Below the pieces are notes generated by a model. The model saw only the letters and a list, made by a program, of their open reading frames with translations, had not been told where the DNA came from and searched no databases. This document shows, piece by piece, positions 19,198 to 29,046 of a DNA stretch of 61,783 bases. Every line of letters begins with the position of its first letter. Within the stretch, counting starts at the first letter, position 1. Source of the DNA: Bdellovibrionales bacterium (GTDB lineage Bacteria > Bdellovibrionota > Bdellovibrionia > Bdellovibrionales > UBA1609). A program made the translations under genes and the position numbers. The stretch lies in NCBI GenBank assembly GCA_022450595.1, contig JAKUPT010000009.1, positions 1 through 61,783 of the forward strand. The letters are read 5' to 3'.

Positions 19198-19929
19198 TTA
19201 AGGTCGTAAGCCTTTTGCAAAAGCACTTATTTCATTGTCATTATTATTTGTAATCTCTTTGACGTCGCTAACAGCTGCCACAACACCTTGATTTAAAAAA
19301 GCAATACGATCACAAACAGCAAATGCACTTGGCATATCATGAGTTACAAAAATCGAAGTTACATTTTTATTTTTTAACTTTATAATTGTCTCTTGAATAA
19401 TTTTAGTATTATAGGGGTCTAAGCCTGCAGTGGGTTCATCATAAAGAATCACCTCTGGATCCATAATAATAGACCTTGCAAGGCCCACTCTTTTTTGCAT
19501 GCCACCTGATAGTTCAGCTGGATATTTGTTGATGGCGTTTAAAACTCCAAATTCATCAAGTGTTTTATAAATTTTCTGATAAATATCTTGTTCAGTCATC
19601 ATGGTATGTTCTTTTAAGGGGTAAGCTAAGTTTTCATACACACTCAAAGAGTCAAATAGAGCTCCATTTTGAAAAACATAAGCAATTTTTTTTCTAACTT
19701 CGACAAGTTCATCTTCGTTAAGCTTGGTGATATCTTGATTTTTAAACAACACTTGGCCATCATCAGGCTTAATTAAACCAATTAAACTTTTCAGTAATAC
19801 ACTTTTACCAACACCGGAGCCGCCAATGATACCAAGGCACTCACCGGAGAAAATGCTCAAGTTGATATCTTTATGAACATCATGACCTTGAAAGGACTTT
19901 TTAAAATTTTTAATTTCAATTAAAGCCAT
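19198..19929 (-). CDS. mlaF: MlaF-type ABC transporter ATPase
   Basis: GGSGVGKS, FQNGALFDSL, LSGGMQKRVGLAR, LYDEPTAGLDP and VTHD. Confidence 0.92.
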   Translation of the reverse strand: MALIEIKNFKKSFQGHDVHKDINLSIFSGECLGIIGGSGVGKSVLLKSLIGLIKPDDGQVLFKNQDITKLNEDELVEVRKKIAYVFQNGALFDSLSVYENLAYPLKEHTMMTEQDIYQKIYKTLDEFGVLNAINKYPAELSGGMQKRVGLARSIIMDPEVILYDEPTAGLDPYNTKIIQETIIKLKNKNVTSIFVTHDMPSAFAVCDRIAFLNQGVVAAVSDVKEITNNNDNEISAFAKGLRP

Positions 19930-20693
19930 TTTTCAATCACCCAAAAAAGTTTTGTTAAGAAATAATCACCAATTAAGATTGCAATACAAGAAGTCACAAC
20001 TGTTTTGGTTGTAGCAATTCCAACACCTTTGGTTCCACCTTTAACGTTTAGACCAAAATAACATGCAGGAACAGAGACTAAAAATGAGAAGAAAAAGCAT
20101 TTCATAAACCCACTCATATAATCTGCCACATTAATTGTACTTAATACTTTTTGAAAATAGTAATTTGGATCAAGACCTAAATCATTTGATCCTACAAGTA
20201 AGCCTCCTAAAATTCCAATTGTATTGGCGAAGGCAGTTAATACAGGAAGAGCAATAAAGCAGCCAAGCACTCGTGGTAAAACGATTTTAGCAATAGGTGA
20301 GGCGCCAAGCGCTCGAATGGCATCAATTTGCTCAGTCACACGCATAGAGCCTATCTCTGAGGTCATACCGCTGCCCACTCTTGCGCTAATCATAATACTG
20401 GCAAAAACAGGGCCGAGTTCACGAACTATAGATAAAGAGATAATCTTAGGGATATAAAGCTTTCCACCAAACTTTGCTAAGCCAATGCCAAATTGCAAAG
20501 CCATAACCATGCCTATAAACCCGGTCGTCACTAAAACCACGGGTAAAGATTTAATTCCTACTTGATAAACCTGTTCAATAACTAGGTCTTTTTCAACTTT
20601 TCCTTTAAAAAATTCTTTAATGCTTAAATACAAAAGTTTTGTACTGCCACCTAAAAATATTAAAAAAGGATAAGTCATTGTAAAGTAATTCAC
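19920..20693 (-). CDS. mlaE: MlaE-type ABC transporter permease
   Basis: VRELGPV, ARVGS..TSEIGSMRVTEQIDA and GGTKGVGIATT.TVV. Confidence 0.93.
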   Translation of the reverse strand: MNYFTMTYPFLIFLGGSTKLLYLSIKEFFKGKVEKDLVIEQVYQVGIKSLPVVLVTTGFIGMVMALQFGIGLAKFGGKLYIPKIISLSIVRELGPVFASIMISARVGSGMTSEIGSMRVTEQIDAIRALGASPIAKIVLPRVLGCFIALPVLTAFANTIGILGGLLVGSNDLGLDPNYYFQKVLSTINVADYMSGFMKCFFFSFLVSVPACYFGLNVKGGTKGVGIATTKTVVTSCIAILIGDYFLTKLFWVIEKWL

Positions 20694-21187
20694 TAATCCA
20701 CCTTAAAATTTGACACAAATTTATTAAAACTATCTTTAGTAATAGAGTAAGAATTTTTAGTGGCTACATGAGTAAGTGTGTAAACACATCCATTTTTTTT
20801 AAAGATAACTAGGTCAAACTCAGACATAACACCGTCCACATCGCCTTGTATATGCGTGAAAAGAGCTTTTCGTTTATTATAGGTTTTATAGTTTGAAGAT
20901 TTAGTTTGAAGATTATTAATGCCTGAAGTGATGCCATTTTTGAGTTGTTGCAAGCTTGGATCATATGAGGTTGAGCAGTCAGAAAGAATACTTATGGAGT
21001 TTCCATTTTCTTTGTGAACCCATAAATGATCTAATTCTTTTGAATCAGCAACTTTAAAATCATCTTCATTTGGTTGAACAAAGCTGTAGTTAGATGATTT
21101 TCTGAGCTCATTTTTAGGTATATCGATTGATACACAGGCTGTGTTGAAGAATAGGTAAAGTAGTAAAAATTGTCTTAAGCTGCTCAT
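20693..21187 (-). CDS. Hypothetical lipoprotein at the head of the mlaE-F-D cluster
   Basis: Lipobox NTAC; stop overlaps the mlaE start by 1 nt; the C-terminal pattern (KKNGCVYTLTHVA...F..FVSNF) loosely suggests a PsbP/DcrB-like fold. Confidence 0.7.
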   Translation of the reverse strand: MSSLRQFLLLYLFFNTACVSIDIPKNELRKSSNYSFVQPNEDDFKVADSKELDHLWVHKENGNSISILSDCSTSYDPSLQQLKNGITSGINNLQTKSSNYKTYNKRKALFTHIQGDVDGVMSEFDLVIFKKNGCVYTLTHVATKNSYSITKDSFNKFVSNFKVD

Positions 21188-21370
21188 CTAGGTTGTCCAT
21201 TTTATTGTGTTTATCCAGTTATATATATCGGTTTAGTACAGTGAAATAATTAGGCTTATCACTAACAGATTAGTCAATAGTCTATGTCAGAAAGTTGTCA
21301 GGATGACAAGAAATAGTTTCGACAGAAGTCTAAGTTTAAACTTCAAAGTGCATCTAATTATATCTCCATG

Positions 21371-21387
21371 TTGGCACTAAACCTGCT
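21371..21387 (+). promoter_or_regulatory. Sigma54 -24/-12 promoter of the flagellar operon
   Basis: TTGGCACTAAACCTGCT closely matches YTGGCAC-N5-TTGC; it ends 29 nt before the TPR gene ATG. Confidence 0.8.
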
Positions 21388-21416
21388 TTTAATATAACTG
21401 GACGAATGAGGTAGAG

Positions 21417-24161
21417 ATGAATTTAGTAAATTTAAACAAAAAGCTCATAAATATTGTAGTGCTTACAACTCTACCTTTAGTTAGTTTTGCACAGATCAAC
21501 GGCAATATTACTAAAGTTGGTGATGCCACACATATTGAATTTACTGGAGTAAAAAACTGGGATTACGAACTGACAAAACTATCTGAAAATCAAGTAAGGC
21601 TTTTGGTTCCCCAAATATCTAAAAACACTATTAATAAATTAAAAAATTGGAATGAAAACCTAATTGAAAAAATGCAGATCAATGAAGAGTCCATTGATAG
21701 TAAAACTGAAATTATTATCACCCTAAAGCATAGCTATGTAGAAAGCTTCGACTATCAAGTTGATGAGCCTTCAAAGTTAATTGTAGACTTTTATATAGAT
21801 AATGAAAAGTATGCTGAATTTCAAAAAAAACAAAAACAACTTCAAGCTAAAAATAAAAAGAAGAAAAAGAAAAGGGTTAAAAAAACGAAAGTTTCAAATA
21901 ATAAAGCCTATGAAAAAGTTGATAGGAAGCCGTCATCTGAATTTTTGCAGGTGGACAATTCAAAAAAACAAAAACAAGCTGTTAATAGAAAAACCGGAAC
22001 TTATGATGCCGCTGATCCAAGATATGAGCGATTTAGAATTAATGATTATGAGATAGATAAAAGAGCTCTTATTGCAAGCAGAGAAGAAGTGTACATAAGG
22101 TTTCCAATTTTAAAATTAAAAAGCAGCTATTTAAAAGAGATTCTTGAATGGAAGCCGGAATATGTGGTTTCAAAAAATGACTCTAAAGAAAGCAAACAGG
22201 CTCAGTTGTTGCAAACTTTATTTCAAAAAGATAGAAATGCGACATTTTTAAAAACTTATAAGTTTTTTGTTAAACAATACCCAGATTCAAAGTATCAGCA
22301 AGTTCTAGATCATATGTATGCTGATATAAACTACAAAATGTGGCAAAATAATAATAAAAAATTTCATTATGATGAAGCTGTTAAAACCTATGAGCAGCTT
22401 GTTAATAAATATCCAGAGTCACCACTAAATGAAAGAACTGAGCTTTTATTAAATTATACTGAACTTGAGAGAGAAAACTCTTTATACGCCATTCAGAGAT
22501 TTGAAGAGTTTATAAAAAAACATCCAAATTCAGAATATATTGATAAGGCAAAATTCGCTATAGCAGAATCTTACATCCAATTAAAAAAATATGACGAGGC
22601 TGAAGAGATATACAAAAAGCTAATAAAAAACGCTAAATACGATAACTCCAAGGTTGAAGCGACATATAGACTCGGAGACATTAGTTTTTATAAGAAAGAC
22701 TATAAAAATGCTATAGAGTCCTACATTAATGCTCTAAAAACATACCCTGGTGCTGAAACTAAGTACGAAAATTTAAACTACAATCTAGCAGAAAGTCTTT
22801 TTTGGCAAGGCAACTATAAAAGGTCATTAAATCGCCATATAAGAAACCTAGAGCTGCATCCAAGCCATGATTATAATGCCTATTCATTGACAAGAATAGG
22901 AGAAATATTAAATGCATTAGGAGCTAAAAAAGATCAAGTTATGGCGGCTTTTCTTGAAAGTTATTTTAGATTTGATGGGCATCCTGGTGCAAAAGTCGCC
23001 AGAGTTAGAATGCTAAAAGAGCAAATGCGTAATATGAAGGAAAAACAACTCAATAATGCCTTAGAAGAATTGAATCAGATCGCAAAAGCAAAAGATCTTC
23101 CAAAGCAGAATGAATTTGTGAATCTAATGATAGCTGATGGGTTAAAAAATAGAAAAGAGTTTACTAGGGCCGCTAAATATCTAATTGACTACTATCAAAA
23201 GCATCCAACGACTTCAAACTTAGATTTTTTTAAAAAAAGAATTGTTTCAAATATAGCTGATGAAATGAACAAAAATTATAAAAATAAAAACTTTATTGAA
23301 AACCTATCTTTAAACGGAAAATATAAATCAACATGGCTAAAAGATAACAACCGTCTTGATACGCAATTTTTTATGGCCAAGGCATTTGAAGTTGCCGGTG
23401 TTTATGATGAATCTGAAAGTATTTATAAAGACTTATTAGAAAAAAGACAATCCATTAGTGACACAGATAACGAACTTGAAAGAAGTGTATACGAACATCT
23501 GCCATCTGAAGATGCCATAAAGCTAGGTCTTGCGAATACTAAATATCAGAATAGAAATTTTTCTGAATCTTATAAATACCTAACTTCAATTAATACAAGA
23601 AAATTAAGTAAAAATGAAAATATTGAAAGACTCAATCTTTTATCAAACGTATTGGAAGAGCAAGGGCAAAACAAACTAGCCTTAGATAAAATTAATAATT
23701 TAGTAGATATGTGGAAAGATAATAAAGAGTTACAAGCTCAAGCATTACTAAAAAAATCTCAACTTGAAAATCAATTAAAAAAATATCAAAATTCTGAACA
23801 AACGACCAAACAAGCTCTTTCGTTTAAAGTGGTTAAAGACAACAAAGGTTTATCGGCAAAATTATATCATCAACTTGGAAACTCATTGTTTAATCAAAAT
23901 AAAAAAATGTCAGCAGTTGAAAGTTACCTCAAAGTTCTTGAGCAAAACCCAGAAAATGTAGCTCTTAGGTATAGAGTAGGAAATATTTTGTTTGAGAATA
24001 ATGACATAAATGGTGCCGAACAAATGTGGGCAAAAATTCCTGCTGAAAACACAATGTATAAAAAATTAGCAAATGAAAAATTAAACACAATGAAGTGGGA
24101 AAAAAATTACAAAAAATATATTGAGAGAATACCTGCTATGAACAAAGGGAGTGTTGAGTGA
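21417..24161 (+). CDS. Exported tetratricopeptide-repeat protein heading the flagellar operon
   Basis: Signal peptide ending SFA; many TPR units (KAKFAIAESY, ATYRLGDISF, YPDSKY/YPESPL); stop overlaps the next start (GTGA). Confidence 0.85.
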   Translation: MNLVNLNKKLINIVVLTTLPLVSFAQINGNITKVGDATHIEFTGVKNWDYELTKLSENQVRLLVPQISKNTINKLKNWNENLIEKMQINEESIDSKTEIIITLKHSYVESFDYQVDEPSKLIVDFYIDNEKYAEFQKKQKQLQAKNKKKKKKRVKKTKVSNNKAYEKVDRKPSSEFLQVDNSKKQKQAVNRKTGTYDAADPRYERFRINDYEIDKRALIASREEVYIRFPILKLKSSYLKEILEWKPEYVVSKNDSKESKQAQLLQTLFQKDRNATFLKTYKFFVKQYPDSKYQQVLDHMYADINYKMWQNNNKKFHYDEAVKTYEQLVNKYPESPLNERTELLLNYTELERENSLYAIQRFEEFIKKHPNSEYIDKAKFAIAESYIQLKKYDEAEEIYKKLIKNAKYDNSKVEATYRLGDISFYKKDYKNAIESYINALKTYPGAETKYENLNYNLAESLFWQGNYKRSLNRHIRNLELHPSHDYNAYSLTRIGEILNALGAKKDQVMAAFLESYFRFDGHPGAKVARVRMLKEQMRNMKEKQLNNALEELNQIAKAKDLPKQNEFVNLMIADGLKNRKEFTRAAKYLIDYYQKHPTTSNLDFFKKRIVSNIADEMNKNYKNKNFIENLSLNGKYKSTWLKDNNRLDTQFFMAKAFEVAGVYDESESIYKDLLEKRQSISDTDNELERSVYEHLPSEDAIKLGLANTKYQNRNFSESYKYLTSINTRKLSKNENIERLNLLSNVLEEQGQNKLALDKINNLVDMWKDNKELQAQALLKKSQLENQLKKYQNSEQTTKQALSFKVVKDNKGLSAKLYHQLGNSLFNQNKKMSAVESYLKVLEQNPENVALRYRVGNILFENNDINGAEQMWAKIPAENTMYKKLANEKLNTMKWEKNYKKYIERIPAMNKGSVE

Positions 24162-25099
24162 TTGGTTCTATGTTACATAGCTTTGACCCAAAAATGAAAA
24201 AACTTTTAAAGGTTGCAGACACCATAGCAACCTCAAAGGCCTCAATTCTTATTACCGGCGAAAGTGGCACAGGTAAAGAATTATTGGCAAAATATATTCA
24301 CAGTAAGAGTCAAAGAGCCAGTAAAGTATTTCATGCGGTTAACTGTGCGGCTCTTCCTGACGGACTACTTGAAAGTGAATTGTTTGGATATGAAAAGGGA
24401 GCTTTTACAGGTGCTGATCAGAGAAAAATTGGGCGTTTTGAGCAGGCCAATAATAGTAGCTTTTTATTAGATGAAATCAGTGAGATGCCTTTGCATTTGC
24501 AAGCTAAAATTTTAAGGGTTCTTCAAGAAAATGAAGTTCAAAGACTTGGTGGTAGCGAAACTCAAAAAGTAGATGTACGTATAATTGCTACGACCAACAA
24601 AGAGCTGAAAAACCAAGTGAAAAGACAAGAGTTTAGAGAAGACTTATTTTTTAGATTAAATGTGATTCCACTTTTTATACCACCACTTAGAGAGCGCCCA
24701 AAAGATATAGAAATGTTATCTTATCTATTTACAGAATTGTGTGCTGAGGAGAATGGCTTAAACAAGCCTAAACTGACTTCTTCAGCAATATTAAAATTAA
24801 AGTCTTATAAGTGGCCCGGTAATGTGCGTGAATTAAAAAACACTATAGAAAGATCAGTACTTTTAGCGCAAACGGAAAATATAAATGAGGATCAGGTCTT
24901 AATTTTAAATGATGATATTCAAAGCCAAGATCAAATATTACAAACAGGACTTTCGATTGCTGAAGCTGAAAAAAGATTAATTCTTAAAACCCTTGAGCAC
25001 ACTGAGCAAAATCGTACTAAAGCGGCAGAAATTCTTGGAATAAGTATTAGAACTTTAAGGAATAAACTAAAAGAGTATAAAACACAGAGGTGTCTATGA
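24158..25099 (+). CDS. Sigma54 enhancer-binding activator (AAA+-HTH) without a sensor domain; probable flagellar regulator
   Basis: [29 protein letters not shown] and the HTH NRTKAAEILGISIRTLRNKL; only 313 aa; directly upstream of flgB. Confidence 0.92.
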   Translation: MIGSMLHSFDPKMKKLLKVADTIATSKASILITGESGTGKELLAKYIHSKSQRASKVFHAVNCAALPDGLLESELFGYEKGAFTGADQRKIGRFEQANNSSFLLDEISEMPLHLQAKILRVLQENEVQRLGGSETQKVDVRIIATTNKELKNQVKRQEFREDLFFRLNVIPLFIPPLRERPKDIEMLSYLFTELCAEENGLNKPKLTSSAILKLKSYKWPGNVRELKNTIERSVLLAQTENINEDQVLILNDDIQSQDQILQTGLSIAEAEKRLILKTLEHTEQNRTKAAEILGISIRTLRNKLKEYKTQRCL

Positions 25100-25506
25100 G
25101 TTTATTTGATAAAACAACAGACGGGCTAGCTGCTGCAATTAATTTTAGACAGCTAAACCATTCTGTCACTTCATCCAACATTGCTAATGCTGAAACTCCT
25201 GGATATAAAGCCAAAAAATTAGATTTTGAAAATGCATTGGCAAGAGCTCTTGATACTGATGGTTTAAATAAAATGTCAGCATCCCATCCTGATCATTTTT
25301 TAAATGGTGTGGGAGGCATGACTCACTTGGGTGCCGATGTTTACGACAACCCAGAAGGTCCAATTACCAATGATGGAAATACTGTGGATTTAGAAAAAGA
25401 AATGGCAAAACTGGCAGAAAACAACATTATGTACAAAGCCGCTGTACAGTTGATTAATAAAAAATTAGCAAGCTTAAGATATTCAGTGACGGAAGGAGCT
25501 AGATAA
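25096..25506 (+). CDS. flgB: Flagellar basal-body rod protein FlgB
   Basis: SNIANAETPGYKAK and NDGNTVDLEKEM. Confidence 0.96.
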   Translation: MSLFDKTTDGLAAAINFRQLNHSVTSSNIANAETPGYKAKKLDFENALARALDTDGLNKMSASHPDHFLNGVGGMTHLGADVYDNPEGPITNDGNTVDLEKEMAKLAENNIMYKAAVQLINKKLASLRYSVTEGAR

Positions 25507-25943
25507 TGGATTTTTCAAAATCAATGAACATTTCTAGCAGTGGTCTTTCAGCACAAAGAATGAGGATGAATACAATTTCCTCAAATATTGCAAATATTAA
25601 CACCACTCGCACACCTGAGGGTGGGCCCTACAGACGCAAGGATATTGTGTTTGAAGCCATTCCCGAGGCCAAGACTTTTGGTGAGGTTTTAACAAATCAA
25701 CCAGACCGTATGTTAAATCGTGTGCAAGTGACTGATGTTAATGTGGATAGAAAAGCTCCCATCTTAAAATATGAGCCGGATCATCCTGATGCAAATGAGG
25801 AGGGCTATGTGGCCTATCCAAATATCAATTTGATGGAAGAGATGACCAATATGATACAAGCAACAAGATCCTATGAGGCTAATGTTTCGGCTATGCAGGC
25901 TTCAAAGGATATGGCAATGACAGCCTTAGAGATAGGTAGGTAA
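25506..25943 (+). CDS. flgC: Flagellar basal-body rod protein FlgC
   Basis: SGLSAQRMRMNTISSNIAN, GGPYRRK and YEPDHPDA..EGYVAYPN. Confidence 0.97.
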   Translation: MDFSKSMNISSSGLSAQRMRMNTISSNIANINTTRTPEGGPYRRKDIVFEAIPEAKTFGEVLTNQPDRMLNRVQVTDVNVDRKAPILKYEPDHPDANEEGYVAYPNINLMEEMTNMIQATRSYEANVSAMQASKDMAMTALEIGR

Positions 25944-26008
25944 AAAATTCCTTTTATGGACTAGTGTTAGAGGAAATTTTTGTTACAATAAAAAGTAAGA
26001 GGTGAACC

Positions 26009-26338
26009 ATGGATGGTTTAACAATTAAGTCGGCAGAAAGCCTAATAAAATCTGGAAACACATCAAGTGAGATTCAATCCAAGAAGAACTCTCCACTGAA
26101 TGCAAAAGAATCAGGTGACGGCTCTTTTGCCAACTCATTAAATGACGCTATTACTAAAGTAAATGATATGCAGGTGAACTCTAATCAGATGATGGAAAAA
26201 CTTGCGACAGGTGAGACTAAAAATATACCTGAAGTTATGGTTGCAGCAGAGAAGGCAGATATTGCTTTAAAGTTAATGGTTCAAGTTAGAAATAAAATGA
26301 TAGATGCGTATCAAGAAATAATGAAAATGCAGGTTTAG
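26009..26338 (+). CDS. fliE: Flagellar hook-basal body protein FliE
   Basis: C-terminal VQVRNKMIDAYQEIMKMQV. Confidence 0.96.
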   Translation: MDGLTIKSAESLIKSGNTSSEIQSKKNSPLNAKESGDGSFANSLNDAITKVNDMQVNSNQMMEKLATGETKNIPEVMVAAEKADIALKLMVQVRNKMIDAYQEIMKMQV

Positions 26339-26349
26339 TGGGGTGAATT

Positions 26350-27999
26350 TTGAATAAGGTCATAGGTAGTTTACTATCACAACTGAAAGAATATTTAAAA
26401 AATCTAACGCCAATTAAGCGCGCGTCTATGATTATGGCTTCACTATCATTTGTTGTAGCCATAGTAGTGATTGCATTGATGCTCACGAAGGCGACCTATG
26501 TACCTTTGTTAAAAAACATTCCTGCAGATCAACTAGCTGTTGTTTTAGATAAGCTTCAAAAAAATAATATTCCTTTTTCCTTAATAGAGGATGGTAAAAC
26601 CATATCAGTGCCACAAGAGCTATTACATTCGGCCCAAATGGTTATGATGTCAGAACTTGGTTCATCAAGTGCTGGAAGCATTGGGCTAGAAATCTTTGAA
26701 AAACAAGATTTTGGTGTAACCTCTTATGCTCAAAGAGTGAATTATCAAAGGGCACTTCAGGGTGAGTTGATGCGAGCTATAAACTCATTGAGTGCGGTAA
26801 AAAGATCTAAGGTGATTTTAGCACTTCCAGCCAAAAAGACATTTTTAGAAGAAGGTGGACAGGCTTCAGCATCAGTAGTTGTGGATCTTCATCCAGGTAA
26901 AACTATGTCAGCAGATCAGGTAAAAGGTGTGACCTTTTTGGTTTCAAGCTCTGTTGAGGGGCTAGAAGCAGAAGATGTTACGGTTGTTGATTCAAGAGGT
27001 AAGGTCTTATCTCGAGCTACAGACCTTGCTGCCATGATGTCGTCCGAATTTTTTGATGTTCAACGCCGAATCGAGATGGAATTAGAAAACCGAATTGAAA
27101 CAATTCTATCTAAAGTTGTTGGCGGAGGCAAAGTTATTGCTCGAGCCAATGTGAAGCTAAACGAACAGAACACCTCTATTGTTGAGGAGTCAGTTGATCC
27201 TGATAGAACAGCTGTTAGAAGCTCTGTGGTTGAGGAAGAGTCTTTAGATGGCGCAAGAAGAAATCCAGCTGGAGTTCCAGGAGCCCGAGCCAACCTGCCT
27301 GGAGCCGAAGATAACGGAGAAGTTGGTTTTCAACAAAATGTTAAAAAGTCATTAACAACTACCAATTTCTCTGTCCCTAAAACGGTTAAGAATATCCAAC
27401 AAAAAGCCGGTGCTATTGATCGTATATCAGTGGCGGTATTGGTAGACGGTAAAACACAATATTCTACCAATGAACAGGGTGAAAGAGTTGAGGAGTATGT
27501 GCCACGCACCGAAGAAGAACTGCAAAAATATAAAGAAATCGTGCAAAACGCTGTAGGCTTTGTAGACACTCGTGGAGACTCAATTAGTATTGAGAATATG
27601 CAGTTTCAAAAAGAAAGTTTTGAAGAGGCTGAAAAATTACTGGAATATTTAGATCGTAAAAAACTTATCAGCGCCATTTTCAAGTGGTCACTGATTGGAT
27701 TTAGTTTGGCCTTGTTTTTCTTTATTGTGATACGTCCATTTATGAGATGGATCACGGATTCTTTTCAAGACACTGTGGAAGACATGCTTCCAAGAACTAT
27801 CGAAGAATTAGAAGAGCTACAAAGTGTCGACAACTCATTGCCAGGAATGAGCAGTGCTATGCCGGTTCTTGAAGAGTCATTAGATCCAGACAAAGCAGAG
27901 AGTGAATTACTTAAAGAAAGAATTATGAATTTAATTGAAAAAGATGACGAAAAAGCTGGGGGCGCTTTTAGTCTATGGCTTGTTCGAAAGGACCTGTAA
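26350..27999 (+). CDS. fliF: Flagellar MS-ring protein FliF
   Basis: Two transmembrane segments; FGVTSY, YQRALQGEL.R.I, ASASVV, VTVVD..G and GVPGARAN. Confidence 0.96.
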   Translation: MNKVIGSLLSQLKEYLKNLTPIKRASMIMASLSFVVAIVVIALMLTKATYVPLLKNIPADQLAVVLDKLQKNNIPFSLIEDGKTISVPQELLHSAQMVMMSELGSSSAGSIGLEIFEKQDFGVTSYAQRVNYQRALQGELMRAINSLSAVKRSKVILALPAKKTFLEEGGQASASVVVDLHPGKTMSADQVKGVTFLVSSSVEGLEAEDVTVVDSRGKVLSRATDLAAMMSSEFFDVQRRIEMELENRIETILSKVVGGGKVIARANVKLNEQNTSIVEESVDPDRTAVRSSVVEEESLDGARRNPAGVPGARANLPGAEDNGEVGFQQNVKKSLTTTNFSVPKTVKNIQQKAGAIDRISVAVLVDGKTQYSTNEQGERVEEYVPRTEEELQKYKEIVQNAVGFVDTRGDSISIENMQFQKESFEEAEKLLEYLDRKKLISAIFKWSLIGFSLALFFFIVIRPFMRWITDSFQDTVEDMLPRTIEELEELQSVDNSLPGMSSAMPVLEESLDPDKAESELLKERIMNLIEKDDEKAGGAFSLWLVRKDL

Positions 28000-28002
28000 G
28001 TT

Positions 28003-29037
28003 ATGAAATTAATGAAAGTTGAAAACATTGTTTATGATGAACTTAATGGTTTTGAAAAGGCCGCAATCCTGATCAATTATTTAGGCTCAAAGGCTGCTAG
28101 TTCTTTGTTTAGGTATACAGATGATGCAGATATCAGAAAACTTTTGAGCACTATGGCTAAGTATAGAATTGTACCCGTTGAAGTGACTAAAAAAGTTTTA
28201 GAAGAATACTACGAGATGATTAGTGAAGCTGAAGATTATATTTTTTCAGAGGGTGTAACTACAAAAGAAACAATTATTGATGCTGTAGGTGAAGACCGGG
28301 CACGTGGCATATTAGGTCACTTGAACGTAAATTCTCCTGTACATAGAGCTTTAGAGAGTTTAGAGATTGTCGATGCAAAATCTTTATCCACATTTTTAAG
28401 CAACGAGCATCCTCAAACGATTGCTGTAATTTTAGCTCACCTGGAGCCAGAGAAAAAAGGTGAGGTATTAAAAAGACTTCCAGACGCTTTACATGCAGAA
28501 GTGGTATTACGTTTAGCTAACCTCGATCACGTGTCACCAGATTTAATTGCTGAAGTCGATAAAGTTCTTAAAAACCAATTACAAAACCTTGGAACTATGG
28601 AGCAAGCCACACTCGGTGGTGTTCACCCTGTGGCTGAAATGCTCAACGTTATGGATAAAAATACAGAGACAACTATTATGTCTAGAATTGAAGAGCGTGA
28701 TCCAATTCTTGCGGAAGAAATTCGCAAACTTATGTTCGTATTTGAAGACATTGTTAAAATTGATGACAGAGGAATTCAAGCTCTTCTTAAAGAAGTGGAC
28801 AATGCGAAACTGCTTCTTGCTCTTAAAACAGCTAACGAAGAGATACGAAATAAAATCTTTAAAAATATCTCACAACGTGCCGCTAATCTTCTTAAAGAAG
28901 ATTTGGATAATATGGGACCAGCAAGACTCTCGGATGTGGAGTCTGCACAGGTTGAAATTGTTAACGTAGCCCGACGTCTAGAGCAGGAGGGTAAAATCAT
29001 TATTGCTCGCGGTGGCTCTGAAGACGCTCTTGTATAA
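28003..29037 (+). CDS. fliG: Flagellar motor switch protein FliG
   Basis: KAAIL, NEHPQTIAVIL, MFVFED and GPARLSDVE.AQ. Confidence 0.96.
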   Translation: MKLMKVENIVYDELNGFEKAAILINYLGSKAASSLFRYTDDADIRKLLSTMAKYRIVPVEVTKKVLEEYYEMISEAEDYIFSEGVTTKETIIDAVGEDRARGILGHLNVNSPVHRALESLEIVDAKSLSTFLSNEHPQTIAVILAHLEPEKKGEVLKRLPDALHAEVVLRLANLDHVSPDLIAEVDKVLKNQLQNLGTMEQATLGGVHPVAEMLNVMDKNTETTIMSRIEERDPILAEEIRKLMFVFEDIVKIDDRGIQALLKEVDNAKLLLALKTANEEIRNKIFKNISQRAANLLKEDLDNMGPARLSDVESAQVEIVNVARRLEQEGKIIIARGGSEDALV

Positions 29038-29046
29038 GGATTATAA

